A DNA stretch of 64,000 nucleotides from an uncultured delta proteobacterium (GTDB lineage: Bacteria; Myxococcota_A; Polyangia; Fen-1088), in assembly GCA_963796685.1 (NCBI GenBank), contig CAWCMR010000008.1, positions 448,001-512,000 of the forward strand, read 5' to 3'. Below are positions 22,759-32,703 of the stretch, one piece after another. Numbering within the stretch: the stretch's first letter is position 1; each line of letters opens with the position of its first letter. The position numbers were made by a program, and so were the translations under genes. The notes under the pieces are model-generated. The model had not been told where the DNA came from and ran no database searches. It saw nothing but the letters and a program-made list of their open reading frames with translations.

Positions 22759-23241
22759 TCAGCCCTTGCGATAGCGAAGACCAGAGGCGGTGGTCAAGAG
22801 GGCGCGCTCCTTGAGGATGGCCGCGTCCTCGATCTGCCCCATCACGACCAAGTGGTCGCCGGCCTCCACGATGCTGGTGACTTCGCAGTCGAAGTAGGCC
22901 ACGGCGTCGGTCAGGATGGCCGCCCCGCTGTCGGAGGCACGTTGCGCGACATCGGCCAGCTTGTCGTCGCGGTTGGTTGCCTGTTTGGCGAAGCGACCGG
23001 CCAGCACGGCCTGGTCCTCCCCGAGGAGGTTGACGCAAAAGTTCTTGGTGCTGCGCAGGAGATCGACGCTGTAGTGCAGCTTGTCCACCGCGACCATGAG
23101 CATCGGCGGGTTGAACGAAACCTGGCTCATCCACGAGATGGTCAACCCGTTCTCGACCTGGGCCCCACCCCGCCCCATGGTCACCACGGACACGCCGTAG
23201 GGGATCTTGGCCAGGACATCGCTGAAATTGCTCTCGCTCAT
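22759..23241 (-). CDS. Flavin reductase-like (FMN-binding split barrel) protein
   Basis: IPYGVSVVT, QVSFNPPML, FCVNLL and EAGDH. Confidence 0.92.
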   Translation of the reverse strand: MSESNFSDVLAKIPYGVSVVTMGRGGAQVENGLTISWMSQVSFNPPMLMVAVDKLHYSVDLLRSTKNFCVNLLGEDQAVLAGRFAKQATNRDDKLADVAQRASDSGAAILTDAVAYFDCEVTSIVEAGDHLVVMGQIEDAAILKERALLTTASGLRYRKG

Positions 23242-23353
23242 GGGGCACCTCGGGGTGGGTCGTCAAAAAGAAGGAGGTCAGGCTATGCGACGACGGCGCC
23301 CGAGGCAAGCGAGGACGCTCGCCGCCCGGAAAAAGTGCGGGATGCTGAACGGG

Positions 23354-24583
23354 CTACGGCACGTACGGCGGGAAGGGCGGAGCGCCCTCACACCCGAAGA
23401 GAATCTGGACGCTCGTGTCCTTGCCCGCGGTGATGTCGTCGCAGTACGAGCCGGTGAGGACGATTTCCTGCGGATTCGAGCCGAAGGTCCAGCCATTGCC
23501 GCTGTCTTGCGCCACCTGTTGCTTGTTCACGTAGACGGCGATGTTGTTCGGGTCTTGCGGCGTTGTACTGGTTGGGTCGACCGTGAACGAGCACGAGCCG
23601 ACCAGCTTGCTGATGGACGAAAGTGCGTCCGCCAACTGCTGCGGCGAATTGGCTGGGAAGTAGTCCGTGGTCCCGCCCGCGCTGGCCAACTGCGTTAGAT
23701 TGCCCAGATTCGGTCCGATGCCAACCACGTAAACCGGGAATCCTGCTGTCAGGGCGGCGGCGGCGGCGGTGCTGGCGCCGGTCACGTCGTCGGTATTGAT
23801 GCTGGCCGGGCTGCCGCCGCAGTTGGGCTCGCCGTCGGTGGCCACGAGAATGACCTTCTTGTTCGAATCGGTGAGGGTCTGCAGATAGGCCGTGGCGGCG
23901 TTGATGGCGGCCGTCGTGGGCGTACCCAGGCTCTTGGTGGCATTGGCGATGTCGGCTTGGACAGCGGCGGCCGAGTTGGGGTCTATCTTGACTTCGACAC
24001 CCGCCGTGACGCCGCAGTTGGAGGTGCTGGACGAGGGGAAGAACTTCAGCCCCCAGTCGACGTTGCTGGAGCTCGACAAGGTTGCCGTCACCGCCGGCTC
24101 GATGGCATTCCACCTCGTCGTGCAGTTTGTCGTATCGGCGCACAGATTGCCAAAAGTTCCGCCGGTGGTCGAGCAATAGCAGTCCTCGTCGATGCTGTAG
24201 TCCATCGAGGCCGAACAATCCAGGACCAGCAGAACATCCACCGACTCGCGGGTCGTGTTGCTGGTAGCCATTCCACAGTTGGCGTCCGCCGTCGGCGCCG
24301 GGGGCAAGTCGGGCTCGGCGTCGGCCGTTCCCCACCAGGCCGGGGGCGCGTCCAGGTTGAACGTGACGATGGCGGCATCGCGCCCATCTGCCCCGCCCGT
24401 CGCGGCGGTTGTGTCGTTGCCCCCCATGGAGCCGGTTTGGCCGCCGTCTCCGACGGCCCCTCCGTTGCCGCTGGATACACCGATGTCAGGCGTCTTCGTG
24501 CAATCAGGCAGCAGCAACCCCGTAACTGTGCACGCGGCAATTAAACTGACCCTTCTTACGACTCTGTTCGGATTCATTGCCAC
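23354..24583 (-). CDS. von Willebrand factor A domain lipoprotein (myxobacterial type)
   Basis: Signal peptide/Cys, Gly linker, MIDAS LVLDCSASM, GTPT and ATDGEPNC. Confidence 0.88.
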   Translation of the reverse strand: MAMNPNRVVRRVSLIAACTVTGLLLPDCTKTPDIGVSSGNGGAVGDGGQTGSMGGNDTTAATGGADGRDAAIVTFNLDAPPAWWGTADAEPDLPPAPTADANCGMATSNTTRESVDVLLVLDCSASMDYSIDEDCYCSTTGGTFGNLCADTTNCTTRWNAIEPAVTATLSSSSNVDWGLKFFPSSSTSNCGVTAGVEVKIDPNSAAAVQADIANATKSLGTPTTAAINAATAYLQTLTDSNKKVILVATDGEPNCGGSPASINTDDVTGASTAAAAALTAGFPVYVVGIGPNLGNLTQLASAGGTTDYFPANSPQQLADALSSISKLVGSCSFTVDPTSTTPQDPNNIAVYVNKQQVAQDSGNGWTFGSNPQEIVLTGSYCDDITAGKDTSVQILFGCEGAPPFPPYVP

Positions 24584-24783
24584 TCCTTCGATTCGAGGAG
24601 ACGTTCGCCCAACCCCTTTCCAACACCGACCACCTAACGATGCAAGGGGAATCTACCAAAAAGAAGTGGCCGCGCCGCCTGTTCCGTGTCGGCGGCACGA
24701 ATTTATTCTTTACCGCCTTGAGTCATTCGACACGACAGAGATATGCCGCAGGGAAGCTAAGGCCTTAAGGCCGCGCGCGGCGA

Positions 24784-26073
24784 CTAGAAGAAGAAGACCT
24801 GCCACTGCAGGTTGAACTGGTTGTATCCGTTGGCCTCGCCGTTGGTCTTCACGTGGGTGTAGAAGGCCTTGACGTTGCTGGTGTGCCCGTAGGGCCAGAA
24901 CGCCAGGCCGCCGCTGAGACGAGTTTCGTTCTGGACATCTCCGCTGCCCCACCGCTGCTCGACGTGAACGATGGGACTCAGGCGAACTACGGCGATGGTG
25001 TATCCCGCCTCGCCCATCAGCGCGGTCTGCTTGACCATCGCGGGAATGAAGGTGCCCCCATCCCAGTGCGCCAAGTTGACCTGCGCCGTCACCACCCCCG
25101 GTCCAGCCGGCAGATCCACGATACCGTCGGCGGCAAAGTATTTGTACTTGTCTTGGAAATCGTAGGAGCCACCGATGGACGCGACCTTCTTGGCCCCGAG
25201 GTAGGTTCCCGCGTAGAAGAAGCCCGGTTCGGGGTCGAGGAAGTTGATCTGCAGGCGTCCGGTGACCCGGAAGAAGTTACGCGCAGCAACATCCCCATTG
25301 GCGCTCTGATTTTCGCGCAGACCCTGGAAGATGCCCAGGCGGTATTCGATGTGTCCGTCGAGCACGAGACCGCGCAACTGCACGCCGGCATCGCGGCCCA
25401 CCGAGCTTCCCGCGGTGCCGAACACACCGGGAGCGCTGTGCACGAAGCTGTAGTTGTAATAATCAAAGCCGTAGAGCGTCCCCGCTCCTTGCAGGGCGTT
25501 GTGGGCCAGGGCCGGCAGCATGTAGCCGGCATCGACTTTGAGCATGTTGCCGTAGGCCTTGAAGGTCACGAAAGCATCTTGGACATTCATCCCCGTCGTG
25601 TTCTTCAAATAGTCAGGAGCGGCCGCGGTTCCGGTGTTGCTGTCCAGAAACAGGTTCGGATAGTCGGTGTCGACGAAGTACTCGATCTTGTCCAGCAAGG
25701 TGCCGCCAAGCAGGATACGTGTCCTGCGCACGTACATGTTCTTGGAATAGCCGCTCAGCGTTGGGCTGTTCACCACTTGCAGCTGCGGCTGAAGCAGCAG
25801 ACCGATGCGAATGCTGGTTCCGTTCGGTCCCTCGATGCGAAGTGGGCTGGCGGACGGCGGGACCAGGGACGGTTCGGACACCGCCGGGGGCGCAGGCGGG
25901 GGCGGCTGCGGCGCTACGACGGAAACGCTCGGAGGCGTGGGCTGTTGTTCGGCTGCCGGAGCAGTTGCCGCTTCGGGTTCCGCAGCAGGGGTCGGCTCCT
26001 CCGCCAATGCACCCGATGCGCTCAGGAGCAAACCAAACACGATTACCACGGAACTTCTGAATTCACGATTCAT
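24784..26073 (-). CDS. Outer-membrane porin (OprO/P or short-chain-amide porin-like)
   Basis: Signal peptide, Pro-rich linker, YVRRTRILLGG, VQDAF, GRDAGVQLRG and a C-terminal beta-strand ending QWQVFFF. Confidence 0.82.
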   Translation of the reverse strand: MNREFRSSVVIVFGLLLSASGALAEEPTPAAEPEAATAPAAEQQPTPPSVSVVAPQPPPPAPPAVSEPSLVPPSASPLRIEGPNGTSIRIGLLLQPQLQVVNSPTLSGYSKNMYVRRTRILLGGTLLDKIEYFVDTDYPNLFLDSNTGTAAAPDYLKNTTGMNVQDAFVTFKAYGNMLKVDAGYMLPALAHNALQGAGTLYGFDYYNYSFVHSAPGVFGTAGSSVGRDAGVQLRGLVLDGHIEYRLGIFQGLRENQSANGDVAARNFFRVTGRLQINFLDPEPGFFYAGTYLGAKKVASIGGSYDFQDKYKYFAADGIVDLPAGPGVVTAQVNLAHWDGGTFIPAMVKQTALMGEAGYTIAVVRLSPIVHVEQRWGSGDVQNETRLSGGLAFWPYGHTSNVKAFYTHVKTNGEANGYNQFNLQWQVFFF

Positions 26074-26124
26074 CGCTCTATACCTCCCATGAAATTCACG
26101 AATGCTGTCGGGCGACCAAGCGTA

Positions 26125-26153
26125 GATGCCCGCGCGTCACATTCCGTTACACA
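26125..26153 (-). promoter_or_regulatory. Putative ECF sigma promoter TGTAAC-N16-GCATC upstream of the porin
   Basis: Minus strand TGTGTAAC-GGAATGTGACGCGCGG-GCATC, same spacing as two other sites in the window. Confidence 0.65.
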
Positions 26154-26260
26154 CCGAGGATGCAATTCCTCACGTTCGATTCGCTGCCACCGCCGCGTCC
26201 CCCCTGACATCCCCCCAATCGCAAAAAGCGACGAAGCCAGCTGGTCGATATGGCCGATTG

Positions 26261-27679
26261 CTACGTGCTGATGACATCCGCCTCGATCTTGTGGTCCTTC
26301 GTCTCGCGGATATACAAACTGCTGACGACGACGGTCAGGATGCAAACCCCGATGGGATACATGAGTCCCGTGTAGATCGAGTTTGCCCCGAAGGTGGTCT
26401 TGGCCCAGGCCGAAGCCGTCACAGCCGTTGCAATGAGTGGCAAGAAACCGCCAAACCAACCATTGCCGAAATGGTACGGCACCGACATCGAGGTGTAGCG
26501 AATCTTGGTAGGGAAGAGCTCGACCAGGAACGCCGCTATCGGGCCATACACCATGCAGACGTAAACCATCTGTAGCGACAGCAGCAAAATCATCATCGGC
26601 CAATTGATGTCGGAGGCAGCGGCCACCGCCAGCCCGTTCGGATTCGAGAATGCCTTCATGCCCATGTAGATCGGGACATAGGTCAGCGCCGCGAGGATGC
26701 ATCCGGCCATCATGATCTTCTTTCTCCCGATCCGATCGGAAAGCCGGCCAAAGAAGATGAACAGGGGCGTCGTAAGAATGAGCGAAGCCGAGACCATGAG
26801 GTAGGACGACTGCCACGAGACCTTGAGCACGCTTCGGAGGAAGGTGAGAGCATAGAATTGCCCCGTGTACCAGACCACGCCCTGCCCAGCGGTCGCGCCG
26901 AACAGGGCGATGAGCACGTACTTCACGTTCACGGGATTGGTAAAGCTTTCTTTCAGTGGATTGACGGAGGTTTTCCCGCTGCTCTTGAGGCGCGCGAAGA
27001 CAGGGGATTCCTTCATCTTCAAGCGAACGTAGAGCGACACGGCAAGCAGCGCGAAGGAGAGAAGAAAGGGGATGCGCCAACCGAAGCTCCGGAAGGATGC
27101 TTCGTCGAGCAACGAGCGCGTCGCTCCGATGACCCCCATGCTGAGGAAGAAGCCGAGGGTGGCAGTGGTCTGGATGAAGCTGGTGTAGAGGCCACGCTTG
27201 TTGTCCGGAACGTGCTCTGCGATGTACGTCGCCGCTCCTCCGTACTCGCCGCCCAGCGCGAGTCCCTGCAGCAACCGCAAGCCCACCAACATCACGGTGG
27301 CAAGGATGCCGGCCGAGGCGTAGGAGGGGAGCAAACCGGTCAGCGCCGTCGCAATCCCCATGGTCGCCATGGTGACGAGGAAAGTGTATTTGCGGCCGAT
27401 GAGATCCCCGATGTGCCCGAACACCAACGCGCCCAGGGGCCTCACGCCGAACCCGGCGCCGAAGGTGGCCAAGCTGGCCAGCAACTGTGCCGTGGCGTTG
27501 CCCTTGGGGAAGAAGAGTCCCCCGAAGAAGACCGCCAAGCTGCCATATAGATAGAAGTCGTACCACTCGAACAGCGTTCCCAGCGACGCGGCAAGGATGA
27601 CCTTCTTCAGGTTGACTTCGCCCGGACCATCCTTTGTGGATACCGCTCTATCCGATACATTGAGCGCTTCGATTGCCAT
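26261..27679 (-). CDS. MFS transporter, metabolite:H+ symporter (MHS) family
   Basis: GTLFEWYDFYLYG, RPLGALVFGHIGDLIGRK, GLALGGEYGGA, GWRIPF and ELFPTKIRY. Confidence 0.95.
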   Translation of the reverse strand: MAIEALNVSDRAVSTKDGPGEVNLKKVILAASLGTLFEWYDFYLYGSLAVFFGGLFFPKGNATAQLLASLATFGAGFGVRPLGALVFGHIGDLIGRKYTFLVTMATMGIATALTGLLPSYASAGILATVMLVGLRLLQGLALGGEYGGAATYIAEHVPDNKRGLYTSFIQTTATLGFFLSMGVIGATRSLLDEASFRSFGWRIPFLLSFALLAVSLYVRLKMKESPVFARLKSSGKTSVNPLKESFTNPVNVKYVLIALFGATAGQGVVWYTGQFYALTFLRSVLKVSWQSSYLMVSASLILTTPLFIFFGRLSDRIGRKKIMMAGCILAALTYVPIYMGMKAFSNPNGLAVAAASDINWPMMILLLSLQMVYVCMVYGPIAAFLVELFPTKIRYTSMSVPYHFGNGWFGGFLPLIATAVTASAWAKTTFGANSIYTGLMYPIGVCILTVVVSSLYIRETKDHKIEADVIST

Positions 27680-27917
27680 GCAAGTTCCTCTCGCAAACTC
27701 GGTCGCGGTGGCCGCGACCCGCCATGATTCACCAGTCTTGCCGATTCGTCGTGCGCCCGGACCGCGGCGCCGAAGGTCGTATTCCGGGGCGATGTCAGCC
27801 CGCCAGGACGCCGTGTTCCTTCGCCCCAGATCGATACAGCACCACCGCTCTGGTCAGCTCGGATTGAGACGCTATCGCGGGCATGGACTTCCCTTTCCTC
27901 ACCACGAAACACCTTGC

Positions 27918-27946
27918 GATGCTTGGTGTCGGGAATCCGTTACACA
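27918..27946 (-). promoter_or_regulatory. Putative ECF sigma promoter TGTAAC-N16-GCATC upstream of the MFS gene
   Basis: Minus strand TGTGTAAC-GGATTCCCGACACCAA-GCATC. Confidence 0.62.
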
Positions 27947-28202
27947 AGTTCTCCACTGTTCACGAGCTGGGGCTTCGTTCAAGCCGTGGCGCGGCTTCCG
28001 CGCCTGGCCGGCCATTCTCATTTGTGGCAGTCTGTTCTCAATTATGGCGGTTGTCGCCAGTCGCCAACCGGGCCCAGAGCTCCTTATTGCATCTTCGAAG
28101 TCCGACCCATTGCCTTATTGGGGCTGGCCGCGAATTGCGTTGCCATCCGGTTCGTAACTATGGAGCTTCGATTGCGCCGATGTCCGGCGCCATGGCGCTC
28201 TT

Positions 28203-28242
28203 GGCCACGGCCACGACCTCCCGCGCCTGTCGCGGGATTATG
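28203..28242 (-). repeat. Truncated copy (C) of the dispersed repeat
   Basis: GGCCACGACCTCCCGCGCCTGTCGCGGGATTATG differs at one base from 21114-21147. Confidence 0.85.
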
Positions 28243-28442
28243 ATGTCTTCGGCCCCTTGCCGGCGAACCTGCCGAGGTGATAGGTTGCGTCGCATTTTGC
28301 GCTTGGAGAGGTCATGAACGCTGCCGAGATCCTGGACTTCATAAGGTGTACTATGTGAAGCGTGGAAGGCGTTCTACGCCCATGTGCTTCCTCGGTTGAA
28401 GCGCATCTCCGACGGGATCGAGGATCAAGCAGGGGGTGACCC

Positions 28443-29894
28443 ATGACCAGACTGCCATCCAGCCTGTGTACCGCATTCGTCTTGCTCGCCGGAGCCTGCG
28501 GCGGCCTGGGCGAAAGACCCGGGAGCCCCGATGGTGCAAAACGGCCCCCCGTCCCTATCCCGCCGAATGTGTTGATTCTGCTCACCGATGACCAGCGCTA
28601 CGACACCATCCATGCCCTGGGCAATCAGCTCATCCAGACTCCCAACATGGACCGACTTGCCTACGCCGGCACGTCCTTCAGCCAGGCCGCCTGTCAGGGC
28701 GGGGTCAACGGCGCGGTTTGCATCACCAGCCGGGCCTCGCTGATGACCGGACGGACCATCAATCACTTGGAGGGTGACGACGGGGCGGGCGAGATCATCC
28801 CTCCCGAGCACACGACGTTGCCGGAGCTGCTGCGCCAGGCGGGATACTTCACCTTTGCCACGGGCAAATGGCACAGCGACCGGGCATCGTTCGCGCGGAT
28901 TTTCGACTACGCCGACAACATCTTCTTCGGGGGCATGCATTTCCCCGAGGATGGCGGACACGAACACCCGCTGCTCTACCATTTCGATCCCACGGGCGAG
29001 TATCCCCCCGAGGCACAGTTTCACGGCGACAAGTTCTCGAGCACGATGTACGCGGACGCCGCCGTCGCCTTCCTCGAGAGTCTGCCAGCGGGGGGACCGC
29101 CCTTCTTCGCCTACGTCGCGTTCACCTCGCCGCACGACCCACGCACGCCCCCTGCGCCCTTCGATGCCATGTACGACCCCGAGCAGACGCCCCTGCCGGA
29201 CAACTTTCTGCCCGAGCATCCCTTCGACAACGGCGAGCTGCACAACCGCGACGAGGACCTGTTGCCCATTCCTCGGGATCCCGCTCAGGTCAAGCAGCAG
29301 ATCGCCGCCTACTACGGCATGATCTCCGAGGTCGATGCCCAGATCGGGCGCATCCTCGACACCTTGGAAGAGCGGAGCTTGCTCGACCGGACGTTGATCT
29401 TTTTCGCCGGTGACAACGGCCTGGCGTTGGGCTCGCATGGGCTTCTTGGCAAACAGAATGTCTATGACGACAGCGTTCGCGTGCCCATGATCCTCGCCGG
29501 GCCGGGCATTGCCGCGAATGCCATCGACGGGCGATTCGTCTACCTGCACGATCTGCTGCCCACCGTGGCAGCTCTGCTCGGCCTCGCCCCACCAGCGAGC
29601 AGCCAGGGCAACGCGCTGCTGGGGGCAGGCGCCGCGTTTTCCCGACAAAACGCCTACCATCAGTATCGGGACCTCCATCGAGCCATTCGCACCGCGGACC
29701 ACTGGAAGATCATCGGCTACCGGCTGACAGCCACCGGCGCGCAATTCGATCGTCTGCAGCTTTTCAATCTCAGTGTCGACCCAAGCGAAATGAACGACCT
29801 GTCCGCTGCGGACGAATATCAGGCCAAGCTTACCGACCTGCAGTCCCTGCTAGCCGGCGAACGCGCACGCTACGACGATCCTCTGCTTCAGTAG
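28443..29894 (+). CDS. Cys-type sulfatase (choline-sulfatase-like), lipoprotein
   Basis: Lipobox LAGAC, PNVLILLTDDQR, CITSRASLMTGR, GKWH, SPHDP, GDNG and GKQNVY. Confidence 0.93.
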   Translation: MTRLPSSLCTAFVLLAGACGGLGERPGSPDGAKRPPVPIPPNVLILLTDDQRYDTIHALGNQLIQTPNMDRLAYAGTSFSQAACQGGVNGAVCITSRASLMTGRTINHLEGDDGAGEIIPPEHTTLPELLRQAGYFTFATGKWHSDRASFARIFDYADNIFFGGMHFPEDGGHEHPLLYHFDPTGEYPPEAQFHGDKFSSTMYADAAVAFLESLPAGGPPFFAYVAFTSPHDPRTPPAPFDAMYDPEQTPLPDNFLPEHPFDNGELHNRDEDLLPIPRDPAQVKQQIAAYYGMISEVDAQIGRILDTLEERSLLDRTLIFFAGDNGLALGSHGLLGKQNVYDDSVRVPMILAGPGIAANAIDGRFVYLHDLLPTVAALLGLAPPASSQGNALLGAGAAFSRQNAYHQYRDLHRAIRTADHWKIIGYRLTATGAQFDRLQLFNLSVDPSEMNDLSAADEYQAKLTDLQSLLAGERARYDDPLLQ

Positions 29895-30025
29895 AACGGC
29901 AGTGTGCCATAGCCCAACACGACTGAACGCTCGCTTGAATACCTCTAGTATTCGGCGCTTCGCTGCTCCTTGCATCCGGCCCGAATCCACTCCGAATAGC
30001 CCGGTCCGGCTTCCACCACGGGCTG

Positions 30026-32221
30026 CTAGCGTCGCCTGCGGGCTGGGATCGGTACGTGGCGCTGACCAAGGTAGAAGGCCAAGGCGTGGGCGTACTTCGT
30101 AGACGAGGGTTCGAGCTCGCTGGCGCGGCGGCTCCAGGTCACGGCCTCGTCGACCTTATCCGGTCGTTGGCGCGAAATCACGATGGCCAGGTTGTAGGCC
30201 GCCGCTGCCGACCCGGGATCCTCCTCGAAGGCAGCGCGCAACGCCGCCTCGGCCTCAGGCAGGCGACCGATCTCGCCGAGGAGCATGCCGAGGTCGAGGT
30301 GCGCCGCCGCGCTCCCGGGCTCGATGTCGAGGGCCCGGCGCAGGGCGGTTTCCGCATCGCTGTTCCTGCCGACCGCATTGTACGCCAGCGACACATTGAC
30401 CAGCGGGGCCACCATGTCCGGGCGCAACCGGATCGCGACTTCGTAGGCGTCGATGGCTCGTGACATGTCGCCCCGGCGCGCGGACAGCCTGCCGAGGTCG
30501 TACTGGGAGTCGAAATCGTCGGGACGCGTGGCAAGCGACGCTTCCAGCTCGCGGGTCACGGCCATGAAGTTCGCGCGCAGCCCGTTCGGCACCGCGCCGA
30601 CGGGAAGGCCTGCCAGGGCGTTGGCCGCGCGGACACGTGGCAAGCGTACCGGATCGCGCATCATCTTCAGCAGCGCGGCCACAGCAGTGGGCACGAGGTG
30701 CTCGCCTGCGCTTTCGGCCGCCGCCGCGCGTACCCAAGGTGAGCGATCTTCCATGGCCGCCAGGACGGCGGGCCACTTCTCGTCCGATGGACACGACCGA
30801 AGCATCCGGAGCAACGCCACGGCCATCACCTCGTCACGCTGGCTTCCACCCACGGCGTTCAGCATGGCCGGCAGCTCCGACCAGTCGCCCGTACGCGCGG
30901 CCGCGATGAGCGCCGCCTGCCGCAGCACCGGCGCCTGGTAGTCCCGCGCGTGCCACGTTCTGACCGTTCCGTCGCTCCAGGCGGCATCCTTGTCCTGATG
31001 GCACAGGTTGCAGGCGTTCGGGGACTTGAACGCGACGGTGGCGGCTGGCGTGGGCGGCCGCATCGAGTGATCGCTGCGTACCATGCGCGCAAACTGCGTC
31101 TTGGGCATGTGACAGTCGGTGCAGGTTGTCTTCCCTTGCGGGTGATGGCTGTGCGCCAGCACGCCGCGCACCTTGTCCTCGTGGCAGGGCAAACATGCTT
31201 GCTCTGCCTTGGCCGGATCCTTGAACCGGTAGCGACCGCTCGAGGTGTGGCAGTGAAGACAGTCGAGCTGCCCGGATTTCACGCAGGGGCTTTGGCGCCA
31301 CGAGGTGAAGGTGTAGTTCTCCCCGAGGTCGCGGCCATCAGGGTAGAAATCGCGGCTTTCGACGCCAATCAGATCGAACGAATCGAAATAGCGATCGCCG
31401 GGACGAAAGCCTTCCGTGAGGGGCGACATCCTGGCGTGGCAGGGAGCGCACATGTCGTTCTTCTGCTCGTGCGTGAACTGCCTGGTCACGATCAGCTTCG
31501 GACCCGCCGGGCTCTTCCCGGGGCCGGCCTGCCTCATGACACGGATGTGCTCTTGGCCGGGGCCGTGGCAGGTCTCGCAGTTGATGCCCGGCTCGCCCCA
31601 GGTGGTCCGGTACGAGTCGGCCGCTGGGTCGTAGTTGCTGGTCAGTTGGCTGACGTGGCAGGCGTAGCAGGAGGTGTTGAAGGTGAGCTCCGGTTGGGTC
31701 CAGCGCACGGCCACCTCGCTCACGTCCGTGAAATGCCGCAGGCCGCTCGCAGCAACATCGTACCACTCCTTGTGCCCGAGATCGTACGCCACGGGAAGGA
31801 CCTGCAGCCGCCCGCGCAGGTAGGGCGTTAGGAAGTAGTACACGTTCTTGCCACCCAGGACATACGCAATGGGATGGTCGACGACCCCCGTCCCGGTCGT
31901 CTCACGCACCTGGCCAGCCCCGACCTCGGCCCGATAGCGATGGCCGCCAACGACGATGTCTTGCTTCTGCGGGGTGAGCTGCGCGCGCGCAAGCCTGGTC
32001 GTGAAAGGCTGCATGGCAAGGCCATGATGCGAGGTGGACCACAGACGGTAGAATTCCTCGTGGCAATCGCGGCATCGCGCCGACCCCGCATACCGCGCGG
32101 TGGCCGCCTGCGACGGCGCCGCCGGGCTGCGCTGTTGCCGAGTGTGGAGGAACATCAGCAGGAGGGCTGCGGCCACGACGACCAGCAGCCCGGCGATCAC
32201 GTACGTCCACCCACGCCGCAT
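30026..32221 (-). CDS. Membrane-anchored multiheme cytochrome c (8 CxxCH) with HEAT and TPR repeats
   Basis: N-terminal TM, then CRDCH, CYACH, CETCH, CAPCH, CLHCH, CLPCH, CTDCH and CNLCH. HEAT-like DRSPWVR/DPVRLPR segments and C-terminal TPRs. Confidence 0.9.
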   Translation of the reverse strand: MRRGWTYVIAGLLVVVAAALLLMFLHTRQQRSPAAPSQAATARYAGSARCRDCHEEFYRLWSTSHHGLAMQPFTTRLARAQLTPQKQDIVVGGHRYRAEVGAGQVRETTGTGVVDHPIAYVLGGKNVYYFLTPYLRGRLQVLPVAYDLGHKEWYDVAASGLRHFTDVSEVAVRWTQPELTFNTSCYACHVSQLTSNYDPAADSYRTTWGEPGINCETCHGPGQEHIRVMRQAGPGKSPAGPKLIVTRQFTHEQKNDMCAPCHARMSPLTEGFRPGDRYFDSFDLIGVESRDFYPDGRDLGENYTFTSWRQSPCVKSGQLDCLHCHTSSGRYRFKDPAKAEQACLPCHEDKVRGVLAHSHHPQGKTTCTDCHMPKTQFARMVRSDHSMRPPTPAATVAFKSPNACNLCHQDKDAAWSDGTVRTWHARDYQAPVLRQAALIAAARTGDWSELPAMLNAVGGSQRDEVMAVALLRMLRSCPSDEKWPAVLAAMEDRSPWVRAAAAESAGEHLVPTAVAALLKMMRDPVRLPRVRAANALAGLPVGAVPNGLRANFMAVTRELEASLATRPDDFDSQYDLGRLSARRGDMSRAIDAYEVAIRLRPDMVAPLVNVSLAYNAVGRNSDAETALRRALDIEPGSAAAHLDLGMLLGEIGRLPEAEAALRAAFEEDPGSAAAAYNLAIVISRQRPDKVDEAVTWSRRASELEPSSTKYAHALAFYLGQRHVPIPARRRR

Positions 32222-32356
32222 GTTGCCGGGCGAGTGTCCGTCATGCCCGGTTTCGCTGTCAACCGCGGCCTTTCCGCGAAGAGCGGATGTCCCTACCGCC
32301 ATGCCGGCTTGACCAGGCTCGATCCGTGCGCACTCTCTACAAGGGAGGATTTGGTG

Positions 32357-32626
32357 ATGAAGGCAGAAGGGCAAGAGACGAAGGCACGGGCCACTCTTGA
32401 CTTGTCGGACAGCAATCGAGAGTCGATGATAGCGGATGCGAACACCACGATGTCGCGTGCGGCAGAGTGCGCGGTTCGCCTCGACGTCGATCTCGACGGG
32501 TTCATGCAGGCAGCACACGCGGCGTACATGCAGGCCAATCCGGCCGAGCGTGAACGTCTCGAGGCGATGCACTTGCTGGCCTATTTCGATGATTTGCGCC
32601 GCCGGGGGGCGCTCGCCAAGGCCTGA
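32357..32626 (+). CDS. Small helical hypothetical protein
   Basis: GGGAGG RBS, 89-aa ORF with coding-like composition, co-oriented with tal. Confidence 0.7.
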   Translation: MKAEGQETKARATLDLSDSNRESMIADANTTMSRAAECAVRLDVDLDGFMQAAHAAYMQANPAERERLEAMHLLAYFDDLRRRGALAKA

Positions 32627-32703
32627 GCCCGATCGCACATAAGTGCGTGCGTGGACACGCGCTGGCGGGCAGACTTGACAGGAGTCGAGGCAAGGAGGTC
32701 GCC

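Noticed and set aside
29992-30011. CCGAATAGCC..CCGGCT similarity between 29992 and 43142
   Set aside because: Only about 20 bp with an indel and a mismatch in different contexts; compatible with chance.
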